This document shows, one piece after another, positions 52,938 through 64,000 of a DNA stretch of 64,000 bases. The translations under genes were made by a program, and so were the position numbers. Within the stretch, counting starts at the first letter, position 1. Each line of letters opens with the position of its first letter. Source of the stretch: Octopus vulgaris. Lineage: Eukaryota. The notes below the pieces were generated by a model. It was not told the origin of the DNA and made no database searches. It saw only the letters and a program-made list of their open reading frames with translations. Location: contig OX597831.1 of the NCBI GenBank assembly GCA_951406725.2, positions 73,222,001 to 73,286,000 on the forward strand, in the 5' to 3' direction.

Positions 52938-53158
52938 ACTCTTTACTCTTTTACTTGTTTCAGTCATTTGACCGTGGCCATGCTGGAGCACCGCCTTTTA
53001 ATCGAGCAACTCGATCCCAGGACTTATTCTTTTTGTAAGCCCAGTACTTATTCTATCGGTCTCTTTTGCCGAACCACTAAGTAATGGGGACATAAACACA
53101 CCAGCATCGGTTGTCAAGCAATGCTAGGGGGACAAACACAGACACACAAACACACACA

Positions 53159-53213
<55 letters not shown>

Positions 53214-53375
53214 GATGGGCTTCTTTCAGTTTCCGTCTACCAAATCCACTCACAAGGCTTTGGTCGGCCCGTGGCTATAGTAGAAGACACTTGCCCAAGG
53301 TGCCACGCAGTGGGACTGAACCCGGAACCATGTGGTTGGTTAGCAAGCTACTTGCCACACAGCCACTCCTGTGCC
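52938..53375 (-). mobile_element. Full-length CORE-like SINE (family A)
   Basis: Family A reverse complement. Confidence 0.9.
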
Positions 53376-53937
53376 TATGCATGTGTGCATATATGCGTGT
53401 GCGTGTCTCTTTCTCTCTCTCTCTCTCTCTCTTTACGTAGACAATGTAAGAACTATTTGGTCTTCTTCACCTTGGCTGCAAAATTGTCAAAATAAAAAAA
53501 AAAATGTAAGTTAAAAGTAAAGATTTAGGTTCTTTTAACACTGGATTCTGCTTGGTGGTAACTCTTGTAATTCTTATGGAAATACAGCACCGACTGTATT
53601 TTATATTCCATGCACTATGGCACTGCTCACAAACTGCTCTCTATATTCTATGTATTATGGCACTGTTCGTACCACATTCCATTCTTGCTTTGGTGCCATA
53701 GCGATTATTGTACCATTGATGTTGGTACAAAAGGTTTGTCGGGTGAAAGTTTGGAGGTGAGGGTCATTTGTAGCAACCAGTGTGTTTGTCGTCCACTTGT
53801 TTTGTTGGTGTGTGTTTGACAATCAATTGTACAGATTCCTCTTAGATGTCCTCTAAAATGGTGGTTCTCCTCCCAAATATTAAAGTGTTTCCCCCCTCCC
53901 CTGCCCCACATGTTGTTAATGGAGATAAAGCAATTTG

Positions 53938-54388
53938 CGTTCAAGCCCCGACTGGCTTCTGTGCCGGTGGCACATAAAATGCACCATCCGAACGTAGCCG
54001 TTGCCAGCGCCGCCTTGGCTGGCTTCCGTGCCCATGGCACGTTAAAAGCTCCAACCGATCATGGCCAATGCCTGACCCCCCCTGGCACCTGTGCAGGTGG
54101 CACGTAAAAAGCACCCACTACACTCGCGGAGTGGTTGGCGTTAGGAAGGGCATCCATCTGTAGAAACTCTGCCAGATCAGACTGGAGCCTGGTGCAGCCC
54201 CTGGCTTCCCAGACCCCGGTCGAACCGTCCAACCCGAGCTAGCGCGGAAAACGGACGTTAAATGATGATGATGATGATGATCTCGTCTGACTTGTGCTAG
54301 CTCGGAAAATGGATGTTAAACGATGATGATGATGATGATCTCGTCCGACTTGTGCTAGCTCGGAAAACGGATGTTAAACGATGAGGAT
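53938..54388 (+). mobile_element. RTE 3' end with duplicated terminal segment
   Basis: Conserved 3' motif; the end GCTAGCnCGGAAAAyGGAyGTTAAA plus (GAT)n occurs three times. Confidence 0.85.
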
Positions 54389-54406
54389 GGTTCTTTCTTT
54401 TCTTAA

Positions 54407-54822
54407 TCCTTTGGCATTCAGCTTGTTTTGTCCAATGTCAGCACTTGGTTATTCTCATTGTTTTCAATAAGCACGTGTCACCTTTTGTAGCTTCAAGATT
54501 TTGATGACATGTTAGTTAGTTAGTTAGTTAATTTTTTGGCTCAAACAGCAAAAAGCAAGGCCATGTAGGGGGACATGGAGTTATGTACAGGGTGGTGTTC
54601 ATGTAAAGAGTTCAGGCCACTTGTGGTCAAGGGAGACTTTGAACCGAGCGGTCGCCGGCATCTTCACTATCTCGTCCGGCAGCTTTTTCCACGGATCCGC
54701 AACCCGGATGGAGAAAGCCCCTCTCCTTCGATTTTAGGGTTGGTGTGATAGGTGTGATCTGGCTGATTTGAGTGTAAAACAGGATATTTGGGCTGGATGT
54801 GGCTGGTTTAAATGCTAAAGGG
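54407..54822. mobile_element. TTAA MITE (family 2) carrying a CR1 insertion
   Basis: TTAA|TCCTTTGGCATT ... AATGCTAAAGGG|TTAA. Confidence 0.7.
54511..54733 (-). mobile_element. CR1-type LINE 3' end
   Basis: Translates NRRRGAFSIRVADPWKKLPDEIVKMPATARFKVSLDHKWPELFT* (54733-54599); (TAAC)n tail. Confidence 0.8.
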
Positions 54823-55937
54823 TTAACATGTGTTGCTCAAGTTACACCAGCCTCTTTTCAGTCCTCACAAGCCCCACTTTGGGCAGGGGATGGACCCCCA
54901 CCACCTGTGAAGGACACTGGTCTAAGATGTTGGTATGTATAGCAGTAGCAACAGTGTTCTAGATGTAGAAGTACTCTGTTGTGCTTTAAAGAGGGTTAAC
55001 CATTGATCAAGGTTGATTTTGTTGTCCTGAAAGAGGAAAACTGGCCTTTGAGGTGAAGGTTTTTTCCTTGCTGTTGTGTGTGGGAAGGTCACTAGGTAAG
55101 ATCATCAGCAATTTAGATCTCAGCCCAGTATATGTACCAATTTATTAGGTTTCGTATCTTGCTTCAATCATTTGACTGTAGCCATGCTAGGGCATCGCCT
55201 ATAAAGAATTTTTAGTTGAATGAATTGAAGCAAATACCTTTTTTTCAACCTGGTACTTATTCTATTAGTTGCTTTTGCTGAACTGCTAAGTTATGGGGAT
55301 GCAAACACACCAACACTGGTCATCAAGCAGTTGTAGGTGACACACACACATATGATGGGTTTCTTTCAATTTCCGTCTCCCGAATCAATTCAGTTTTGGT
55401 TGGCCTAAGGCTGTTGTAGAAGACACTTTCCCAGAGTGCTATGCAGTGGGACTGAACTTGGAACCATGTGGTTGGGAAGCAAACTTTTTACCACACGGCC
55501 ACGCCTGCACATGCTGATGACCCGAGACTGTTTATTGAACATAGTGATCATGCCTTGGGGCTCTTGAAATGGATCAGTGTGTAATGGCCTCATTGAAGCA
55601 GGATTTTCAGGTGGTGGTGGTTGACCGAGGATCACGTTACCTCATGTACCTTTTCTTAGGTGGTAGGGTGTGATTTGAAAGAGATTTGGTTGCTATTTTC
55701 AGGTTGAGTTACAATATAAAAGCTGCTTTAAGTCAGTGCAAGCTTGGTGCAAGGTGTGCAGGTAGTATGTAAAGGTCACCACTCAGAAGACGGTTAACCA
55801 GGTAAATTACCTGTTGTTGTTAGATAACAAGTAGAGAAGGTATAAATATTTGATAATATTTTGTAAAAATTTATCTTCAATTTTGCAAATCTCAAAATAA
55901 GTAATTATTATTATTACTATTATTATTATTACTATTG

Positions 55938-55938
55938 C

Positions 55939-56024
<86 letters not shown>

Positions 56025-56043
56025 CTCTTCTTCTTCTTCTTCC

Positions 56044-56076
<33 letters not shown>

Positions 56077-56280
56077 TCCTTTTCTTCTTCCTCTTCTTCT
56101 TCCTCTTCCTTTTCTTCTTCCTCTTCTTCTTCTTCCTCTTCTTCCTCTTCCTCTTCTTCTTCCTCTTCTTCTTCCTCTTCTTCTTCTTCCTCTTCTTCTT
56201 CCTCTTCCTCTTCTTCTTCCTCTTCTTCTTCCTCTTCTTCTTCCTCTTCTTCTTCTTCTTCTTCCTTTTCTTCTTCCTCT

Positions 56281-56328
<48 letters not shown>

Positions 56329-56667
56329 TCCTCTTCTTCTTCCTCTTCCTCTTCTTCTTCCTCTTCCTCTTCTTCTTCCTCTTCCTCTTCTTCTTCCTCT
56401 TCCTCTTCTTCTTCCTCTTCCTTTTCTTCTTCCTCTTCCTTTTCTTCTTCCTCTTCTTCCTCTTCCTTTTCTTCTTCCTCTTCTTCTTCTTCCTCTTCTT
56501 CTTCTTCCTCTTCTTCTTCCTCTTCTTCTTCTTCCTTTTCTTCTTCCTCTTCTTCTTCCTCTTCCTCTTCTTCTTCCTCTTCTTCTTCTTCCTCTTCTTC
56601 TTCTTCCTCTTCTTCTTCCTCTTCTTCTTCTTCCTTTTCTTCTTCCTCTTCTTCTTCCTCTTCTTCT

Positions 56668-56726
<59 letters not shown>

Positions 56727-56742
56727 TTCTTCTTCCTCTTCT

Positions 56743-56786
<44 letters not shown>

Positions 56787-56818
56787 CTCTTCCTCTTCTT
56801 CTTCCTTCTTCCTCTTCT

Positions 56819-56872
<54 letters not shown>

Positions 56873-56902
56873 TCTTCTTCTTCTTCCTTTTCTTCTTCCT
56901 CT

Positions 56903-56950
<48 letters not shown>

Positions 56951-57114
56951 TCCTCTTCTTCTTCCTCTTCCTCTTCTTCTTCCTCTTCCTCTTCTTCTTC
57001 CTCTTCCTCTTCTTCTTCTTTCCTTTTCTTCTTCCTCTTCCTTTTCTTCTTCCTCTTCTTCCTCTTCCTTCTTCTTCTTCCTCTTCTTCTTCTTCCTCTT
57101 CTTCTTCTTCCTCT

Positions 57115-57163
<49 letters not shown>

Positions 57164-57241
57164 TCTTCTTCTTCTTCTTCTTCTTCCTCTTCCTCTTCCT
57201 CTTCTTCTTCTTCCTCTTCTTCCTCTTCTTCTTCCTCTTCT

Positions 57242-57282
<41 letters not shown>

Positions 57283-57415
57283 CTCTTCCTCTTCTTCTTC
57301 CTCTTCTTCTTCCTCTTCTTCTTCCTCTTCTTCTTCCTCTTCTTCTTCTTCCTCTTCTTCTTCTTCCTCTTCTTCTTCCTCTTCTTCTTCTTCCTCTTCT
57401 TCTTCCTCTTCTTCT
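55938..57415. repeat. About 1.48-kb pure polypyrimidine (CTT/CCT)n tract
   Basis: Only C and T seen on the + strand. Confidence 0.97.
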
Positions 57416-58078
57416 AAGGTGGTGAGCTGGCAGAATTGTTAGCACGTGGGATGAAATGCTTAATGGTATTTCGCCCATTGCTATGTTCTGAGTTCAAATT
57501 GTGCTGAGGTCGACTTTACCTTTCATTCTTTCAGGTGTGATAAATTAAGTACTAGTTGAGTACTGGGGTCGGTGTAATCGAGTATCTCCCTCCCTCAAAT
57601 TTCAGGCTTTGTGCCTATAATAGACAGAATTATTATTTTAAGGAAGTGAACTGAATCGTTAGCATGCTGGGCAAAATGCTTAGCAGAACTCCATTTATCA
57701 TTAGGTTCTGAGTTCAAATTCTGCTATGGTTGACTTTGCCTTTCATCCTTTTGAAGTCAATGAAAAAAGTACCAGTTGAGTACTGGGGTTGATGTAATCA
57801 ACTATACCCCTCCTACAAAATTTCAGGCCTTGTCCCTTTAGTAGAAAGGTTTATTATCATTTTAAGGTGGCCAACTGGCAGAATGGTTAGCATGCCAGGA
57901 GAAATGGTTAGTGGTGTTTTGTCTGTCCTTATGTTCTGAGTTCAAATTCTGCCAAGGTTGACTTTGCCTGTCATCCTTTCGAAGTCGATAAAAAAAGTAC
58001 CCGTTATACACTGGGGGATCAATGTAATTGACTTACCCACTCCCCATAATTGCTGAGCTTGTGCCAAAATTTGAAACC
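57416..58078 (+). mobile_element. Three tandem Meta-like SINEs (family B, older subfamily)
   Basis: Heads near 57416, 57640 and 57863, each with GTTCTGAGTTCAAATT and a GACTTT(A/G)CC core. Confidence 0.8.
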
Positions 58079-59155
58079 GATGTATACAAGGAAGGTTATG
58101 GGAAACATTGGAACATGGGGGGCACAAGTCTGTGTGTGTGTGTGAAAGAGGGAGAGAGAGAGAGAGAGTCTTGTTAGAGTGTACCTCTACGATGTGACAT
58201 GAAAGGAAACTTCTAAACCAAGAGATGTCAGATTGAGAGGCAAGTGGCTTAGTATTGGCATTCTCATTCCAGGAATGGTCCAAGATTTTTCTCATATTGT
58301 TTGCTGCGATACTGCTTTTGCTGAGGTTTACAAGAGCAAAAGAAACTCTGGTGATTGATGTTGGAGAGCAAACTTCTGTCAGATCCGGTTGTGTGCCGAC
58401 CAAGTGGAAGCAATAAAAAAAGGCCTCTGGTTCACCCCTTCAAGATTGTCACTGGTTCATTTTCTCTAAAGAAAATATGAACTGATGACTCTTCACTTGA
58501 TATTGGTGGCAGCTTAAACTTGAATTTGGCCAGCTGCAGCTTCCTGTTTTTCAATTAAAAAAAAAACAATGTGTTGGTAAATACGTTTCTGTTCTGAAGC
58601 TGTTCGTTTCCCTCAACCTGTTAATCCAAGTTTTTTGAACAACACCTGCACTAATTACTCTACTGCTTGTTTTCATGTTGTTACCTGCAAAGAATTATTT
58701 GTAAAGTGCTTTTTGTTTAGAAGATGCACACAAACAAACACACACACACACACTAGTATAATGTTATAATCTTCTGATAGGTGATATCTTTGTATAATTT
58801 ACTTATAATTTCCTGTGAGACTATTAAGTTGATCTCCCTTCCTCCTCCCCCCTTCTTCCCCTCCCATCTCAACTCCTTATTGATCCTCACTAGTTTTATC
58901 GTCTAACCCCTTATATTGCTGTTTTTTATATCACCAGCTGTTGACAAAAGGTTGTAGTGACTTAACAATACTAAAACTTAATGGTAATTGTTGCTGTTGA
59001 TAACTATTTGTCTTCCCCTCCCCCATCCTCATCATTATCCTTATTGTTGTTGTCTCATCTTGTTGTTGTCATCATTGTTGACACTAACATGCTTTGGTTA
59101 CTTTAGCAGAGAACCTGTTATCAAATCTCCACAATTGATAGCTGAATGGAAAGAC

Positions 59156-60008
59156 ATCATCATCATCATCATTGTCATCATTGAACATCTGCTTTCCATG
59201 CTGGCATGAGTTGGATGGTTTGACATAGAGCTGGCCAGACTCCAATTGTCTATTGTGGTATGGTTTCTACAGTTGGATGCCCTTCCTAATGCCAACCACT
59301 TGTGTGCTGGGTGCACTTTACATGCCACTGGCACGGGTGCATTAACACAGCACTGTATGTTTGGTAGACGGTGGTTTTACTTAGCTTGATGCAGCAAATC
59401 ACAACCTCTTCCGCTTCCTTGTCATTTCCTCAGTGAGGCCCACCATCCGAAGATCCTTTCTCACTGCTTCATCTCACGTCTTCCTGGGTCTACCCCTTCC
59501 ACAGGTCCCTTCCACAGGTCCCTTCCACAGGTCCCTCCCACAGGTCCCTTCCACATGTCCCTTTCACAATTAGAGCTCATGCTCCTTTATGCAGTTGTCC
59601 TCATCCATACACACCACATGACCGAACTAGCATGGTCCTCTCTCTTGCACACAACATCTAACCCCTCTTCTTCCCAGTTTTCACTCTCATGCATGCACAC
59701 TGATATCACCCATCAAGTGGAGCATGCTAGCTTCATTTCTTTCAAGCCTTCACAAGTCCTCTGTAGTCAAAGTCTGTTTTCTTGCCATGCAACATAGATG
59801 TATGTTCACAGGCATCATACAATCTGTCTTTCACACTCTGAGGGAGAGGCCCTTAGTTACCAACAAATGTAAAAGCTCTCTGAACTCTGCCCAGCCTGTT
59901 CTTATTTTTGCAACTGCTCTTTCTGAACTTGCTCAATCACTCCCAACTTGGTCTCCTAGGTAACAGAAACTATCACTTCTAATGATCTCCCCGAGCATTT
60001 GAAGGAGT
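59156..60008 (-). mobile_element. Decayed RTE LINE with a 13-bp tandem (CCCTTCCACAGGT, about 6 copies, 59494-59568)
   Basis: Collinear with 3254-4300. Confidence 0.85.
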
Positions 60009-60617
60009 CTATTGTCTACGTATTTTTAGTGCTTCATGATGGTGGTGGTGTCGTAGTGAATAAAGATTGATATGATTGATGAGTGGTTGTAATGGTTAAT
60101 GACAATGGCTGTTAATGGTGAGGTTGATGAGGGTGACGGCAAGGGTGATAGTAGAGGTGAGAGGGATGGTCGTAATGAATGATTGTGGTATGATGAGGAT
60201 AATGAAAGTGAGGGCAGTTTTGATGGTGAGATAATGAGTAATGAATGATATGATGGTGATGAGTGATGGTGAGGGTGATGTAAGGAGCAATGATTGTAAT
60301 ATGGTGATGATAATGAGTGATGGCAAGGCTGTTGGTAAAAGCGAGTGGTGGTGGTGGTGGTGTTTATGATGGTGTGGTAATGAATAATGACTGATATAGT
60401 GATTATGAGGTTGATGACTGTGATAACACTGATGACTAATGTTAGATGTGACACAATCAGTGGTGACACTCAGAGTATTCAGGGACATGTCATTAATTTT
60501 GCTGTCCTTTATTTTACATTTTTACACTTGTTTCCCTCCTCCTTGCCCAGCCCCATGGTTTCATTCTAAATTTGACCATGAGACTTTGTGTGGTCTATTA
60601 CAGACCAGTGCACTATA

Positions 60618-61094
60618 AAATCTAATTTTATAATACCTCCTCTCTAACCTGGGGTACCTCCGCTTTTCTAACATCTAGTACTCCCTCTTTCCTAACATGC
60701 TGTATCTCTTCTTTCCTAACTTGGGGTACCTCCTCTTTCCTAACCTGAGGTACCTCCTCCTTCCTAACATGGGATACCTCCTCCTTCCTAACATGACCAA
60801 TGATCATACAATGCTGACCTTCAGTAGGTTTTGAAAAGTTTGAAAATGTAACATTTAAAAGAAAAAGATGTAGGAAGGTACTCTATGTTAGGAAAGAGGA
60901 GGTGCTCCATGTTAGGAAGGAGGAAGTACCCCATGTTAGGAAGGAGGAGGTACCCCATGTTAAGAAGGAGGAGGTACCCCAAATTAGGAAAGAGGAGGTG
61001 CCACATGTTAGGAAAGAGGGAGTACTACATGTTAGAAAAGAGGTTAGGGAGGAGGCACTCTGAGTTAGAGAGGAGGTATTATAAAATTAGATTT
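60618..61094. mobile_element. Foldback element: 31-bp perfect TIR plus inverted arrays of a 24-bp subrepeat
   Basis: AAATCTAATTTTATAATACCTCCTCTCTAAC (60618-60648) is the reverse complement of 61064-61094. Confidence 0.8.
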
Positions 61095-61402
61095 GAGATA
61101 CACAAATTAGTCATTTTCCCAAATTTTCAACTGGGTTTCATTCCATAGTAAACCCGTTACATTATACTATACTTGAATAATATTGGAGAGGTACTTTTTG
61201 TCTATGAAGTCATTTGATCTGAGACTCTGTGTGTTGAAAGTGAAATCTCTCTAGAACTGTTGAAGAACATGCACACAGCTTTTAAATAAATATCCTTTTA
61301 CAGGAAGAAAAGAAAGAAAAAAACAAAAAATATATATATTTCTTTACTGCCCACAAGGGGCTAAACATAGAGGGGACAAACAAGGACAGACAAAGAGATT
61401 AA

Positions 61403-62487
61403 CCCTTTCGTTACCAAACCGCCCGAAAAAAATTTTGGTTAATGTGACCAAACCGCCCAAAGCTGCCCGAATTTACCTATTCATATTTAAATGAGAATAT
61501 CAGAGCAAATATCTTTAGTACATTCGTGAAAATACGTATTATACTTCGTAAAGAGTTCAACTACAGTTTTGTACAAAAATCGAAGTGTAATTTTAATTCC
61601 GTGAATTTTGGGAGATTTTTTTCCGAAATTTGTTCCTATTGTGTTTTCAAAATTTGTAATTCTGACAAAAAATGGATACGAATTTCATTATAGCAAGCAG
61701 CGAGTCAGAATTCGAAGGATTTTCTACTGAAGACCTTCATAAATCTAACTCTATGACTGAAAAAAAAAAGCATGTGGTATTTGATAATGAATCTGATGTT
61801 TCATTTTCCGAAAGTGAAAACAGTGAATCCGAGAGCTCCGACAGCGATAAAGAAAATGAATTGGCACCTGAATGGAGTGAAAATTTAAAAACTGTTTCTT
61901 TCGGTGATTTTTCTGAAGAAACTGGACCAAGCCACAGACTTTCCCAGAAGAGTAAAGCCTTAGACTATTTCTTTTTACTTTTTCGAATGAGCCTATTTGA
62001 AATCATTACGGCGGAAATGAACCGTTACGCTAAACGTAAACAAAGCGAAAGAAAGGATAGTTTGTTATTTCCCACAACCTTAAATGAAATTAAGGCCTAT
62101 TTTGCCATAAATATTATTATGGGTATCAGAAAGTTACCCAGAATAACAAATTCTATCGTAAAATTTTGTTGTATACCCAACTGAATATTAGTTGTATACC
62201 CAACTGAACATTTTCTATAGCGATGTTTGAACAAAATTTTAATAATTTTATACTTTGTTGAATTTACCTGTATCTACGTGCAATTAGAGTCACTTTGTGA
62301 CAAAAATTATAGTATAGAATTGGTTGAGAACATTTCATTAAATTATCTTCCAAAATTCACGTTAATATATTGATAAATAAAAAAGTTATAGTTGTTTAAT
62401 GAAACCAGACTAAATTTATGATTACGTTAGAAATTAATTGAAACACATAAGGGGTGTATTTTGGTCAGAAATATAGTAACGAAAGGG
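61403..62487 (+). mobile_element. piggyBac internal-deletion derivative (1085 bp) inserted in a Meta-like SINE
   Basis: TTAA TSDs at 61399-61402 and 62488-62491; 12-bp TIR CCCTTTCGTTAC; SINE resumes on both sides (about 61335-62658). Confidence 0.93.
61672..62184 (+). pseudogene. Truncated piggyBac transposase (N-terminal part, no DDD core)
   Basis: Acidic N-terminus, then FSEETGP, LDYFFLLF, EMNRYA and TTLNEIKAYFAINIIMGIRKLP, typical of piggyBac/PGBD transposases. Confidence 0.88.
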
Positions 62488-62814
62488 TTAAGCCGATTAC
62501 ATCGACCCTCAGTGCGAAACAGGTACTTTATTTAATCGACCCCGAAAGGATGAAAGGCAAAGTTGACCTCGGCGGAATTTGAACTCAGAACGTAACGACA
62601 GACGAAATACCGCTAAGCATTTCGCCTGGCATGCTAGCCTTTCTGCCAGCTCGCCGCCAAATATAAAAAATTAAATTGAGAGAGAAAAAAATTCCCCCAT
62701 AACTATCTTACTAGGGAAACCCAAAAAAAGGGGTGGTGGTGGTGAAAATGCTGCAGCAGCAGATGGTGGGGTGGAGTAATGAGTTACATACCCAAGAACA
62801 AATGTTGTGGTTAG

Positions 62815-63567
62815 CCATGTCATGCAGACAGGATTGCCACAGAGAATGGCCAGTGACACTGCAACAGCCATCCTGCCTTGCTGCGCTCATTTCTCAGATA
62901 GGCTGCAGTTATATTCTGATTTTGAGGGGGGAAATTTGTGGTGTGGGGTTCGAGTGCATCTGAGGTCTCGACAGTGACTGATACAAGCTGATAGCGCCCA
63001 GTCAAGTTGCTGTCTTTGTTCATCTTTCTTTCCTCTGTATTATGGATAATGATACCTGGGTTTGCTTCTGATGCAGCAAGGTTGGAATCAGGGTACATGT
63101 CACAGTACATCATGTCTCAGATTAGGGATCTGCCTTCCTTATATGAGAAGAGTGGCGAGCTGGCGGAATCGTTAGCACGAAGGGCAAAATGCTTAGCAGT
63201 ATTTCGTCTGCCGCTACGTTCTGAGTTCAAATTCTGCCGAGGTCGACTTTGCCTTTCATCTTTTTGGGGTCGATTAAATAAGTACCAGTTACGCACTGGG
63301 GTCGATATAATCGACTTAATCCATTTGTCTGTCCTTGTTTGTCCCTTCTGTGTTTAGCCCCTTGTGGGTAGTAAAGAAATATATATGAGAAGAGGGTTAT
63401 TCTGTCAGGGCACTTACCTTCTCTGTGGTCAAGACCTACAGGCTCTGGTTGTAATGCAAAGCCATCTGTGTCGAGAGAGCCCTTATGTCATTCAGAGTGG
63501 TGTGTCATAAACCCGTCCACACTCTGGCTACAAGATAATGAATGCAGGCTGACTCCATCGACTACCG
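62815..63567 (-). mobile_element. Fossil RLE-type non-LTR retrotransposon C-terminus (CRE/NeSL-like)
   Basis: Remnants LHSLSC, HTTLNDI, EPVGLDHREGKCPDRITLFSYKEGRSLI*D, VTVETS, SLAILCGN. Confidence 0.75.
63153..63381 (+). mobile_element. Meta-like SINE (family B) with 13-bp TSD
   Basis: TATATGAGAAGAG at 63140-63152 and 63382-63394. Confidence 0.9.
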
Positions 63568-64000
63568 TGGGTATCTTCTATTGTACCTTTTGGCAGATCA
63601 ATGCCCTGCGAGTGAATTTGGTTGATGGAAATGGGGTAGGAGCCTGTTGTATGTATATGTGTTTGTGTCTGTTTTGTCACCTTGCACCACTTGACAAGCG
63701 GTGTTGGTTTGTTTACATTCCTGTAATGCAGTACCATACATTAAGGAAAAAGAAATACCCAATTTGTTTGACTGAAACCCTTCAAGGGGTGGGGAGGGGG
63801 TCAAAATGGCAAGCACCTGGGCTGTGCATGTTCAGTACAGGAAATTAGGTCTTTCTTTGTTGTAGAAATAGCCATGTTTCTAAAGTGGGTTCCAATCTGA
63901 AGAATTACACACAGCATGGGTAGTGGGAGGTGGGGATTCCTATCCAATTTAGGTTGATTGCAAATCACTTTTTTAATTTGCCCTTCCCCTCAAACTTGAA

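Noticed and set aside
55892-57478. 528-aa K/R-rich (protamine-like) ORF and the antisense 496-aa F/L ORF
   Set aside because: Stop-free only because they run through a pure (CTT/CCT)n tract; the start lies within a SINE
60030-60470. His/Ser/Thr-rich ORFs
   Set aside because: Degenerate (GAT/GGT)n low-complexity DNA

Overview
This is repeat-dense, AT-rich animal genomic DNA. The SINE/LINE repertoire and the very long TA/TG microsatellites suggest an octopod cephalopod (inference). It reads as intronic or intergenic, and no host protein-coding exon can be supported; nearly all long ORFs are microsatellite artefacts. Retroelements: many copies of at least three tRNA-derived SINE families (CORE-like, Meta-like and others); RTE LINE fragments, one with a YADD RT motif and an embedded C4HC3 finger; fossil L1/Tx1, CR1, BovB-like RTE and RLE-type (CRE/NeSL-like) LINE fragments. 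DNA elements: a piggyBac internal-deletion element with a 170-aa truncated transposase and several cognate TTAA MITEs, a non-autonomous Helitron nested in one MITE, hAT MITEs and foldback elements. Also present are a Penelope-type minimal hammerhead motif and a 1.48-kb pure pyrimidine (CTT/CCT)n tract. I see no convincing new gene system; the most notable signals are transposon architecture and RNA/DNA structure. Family names come from motif recognition, not database searches.
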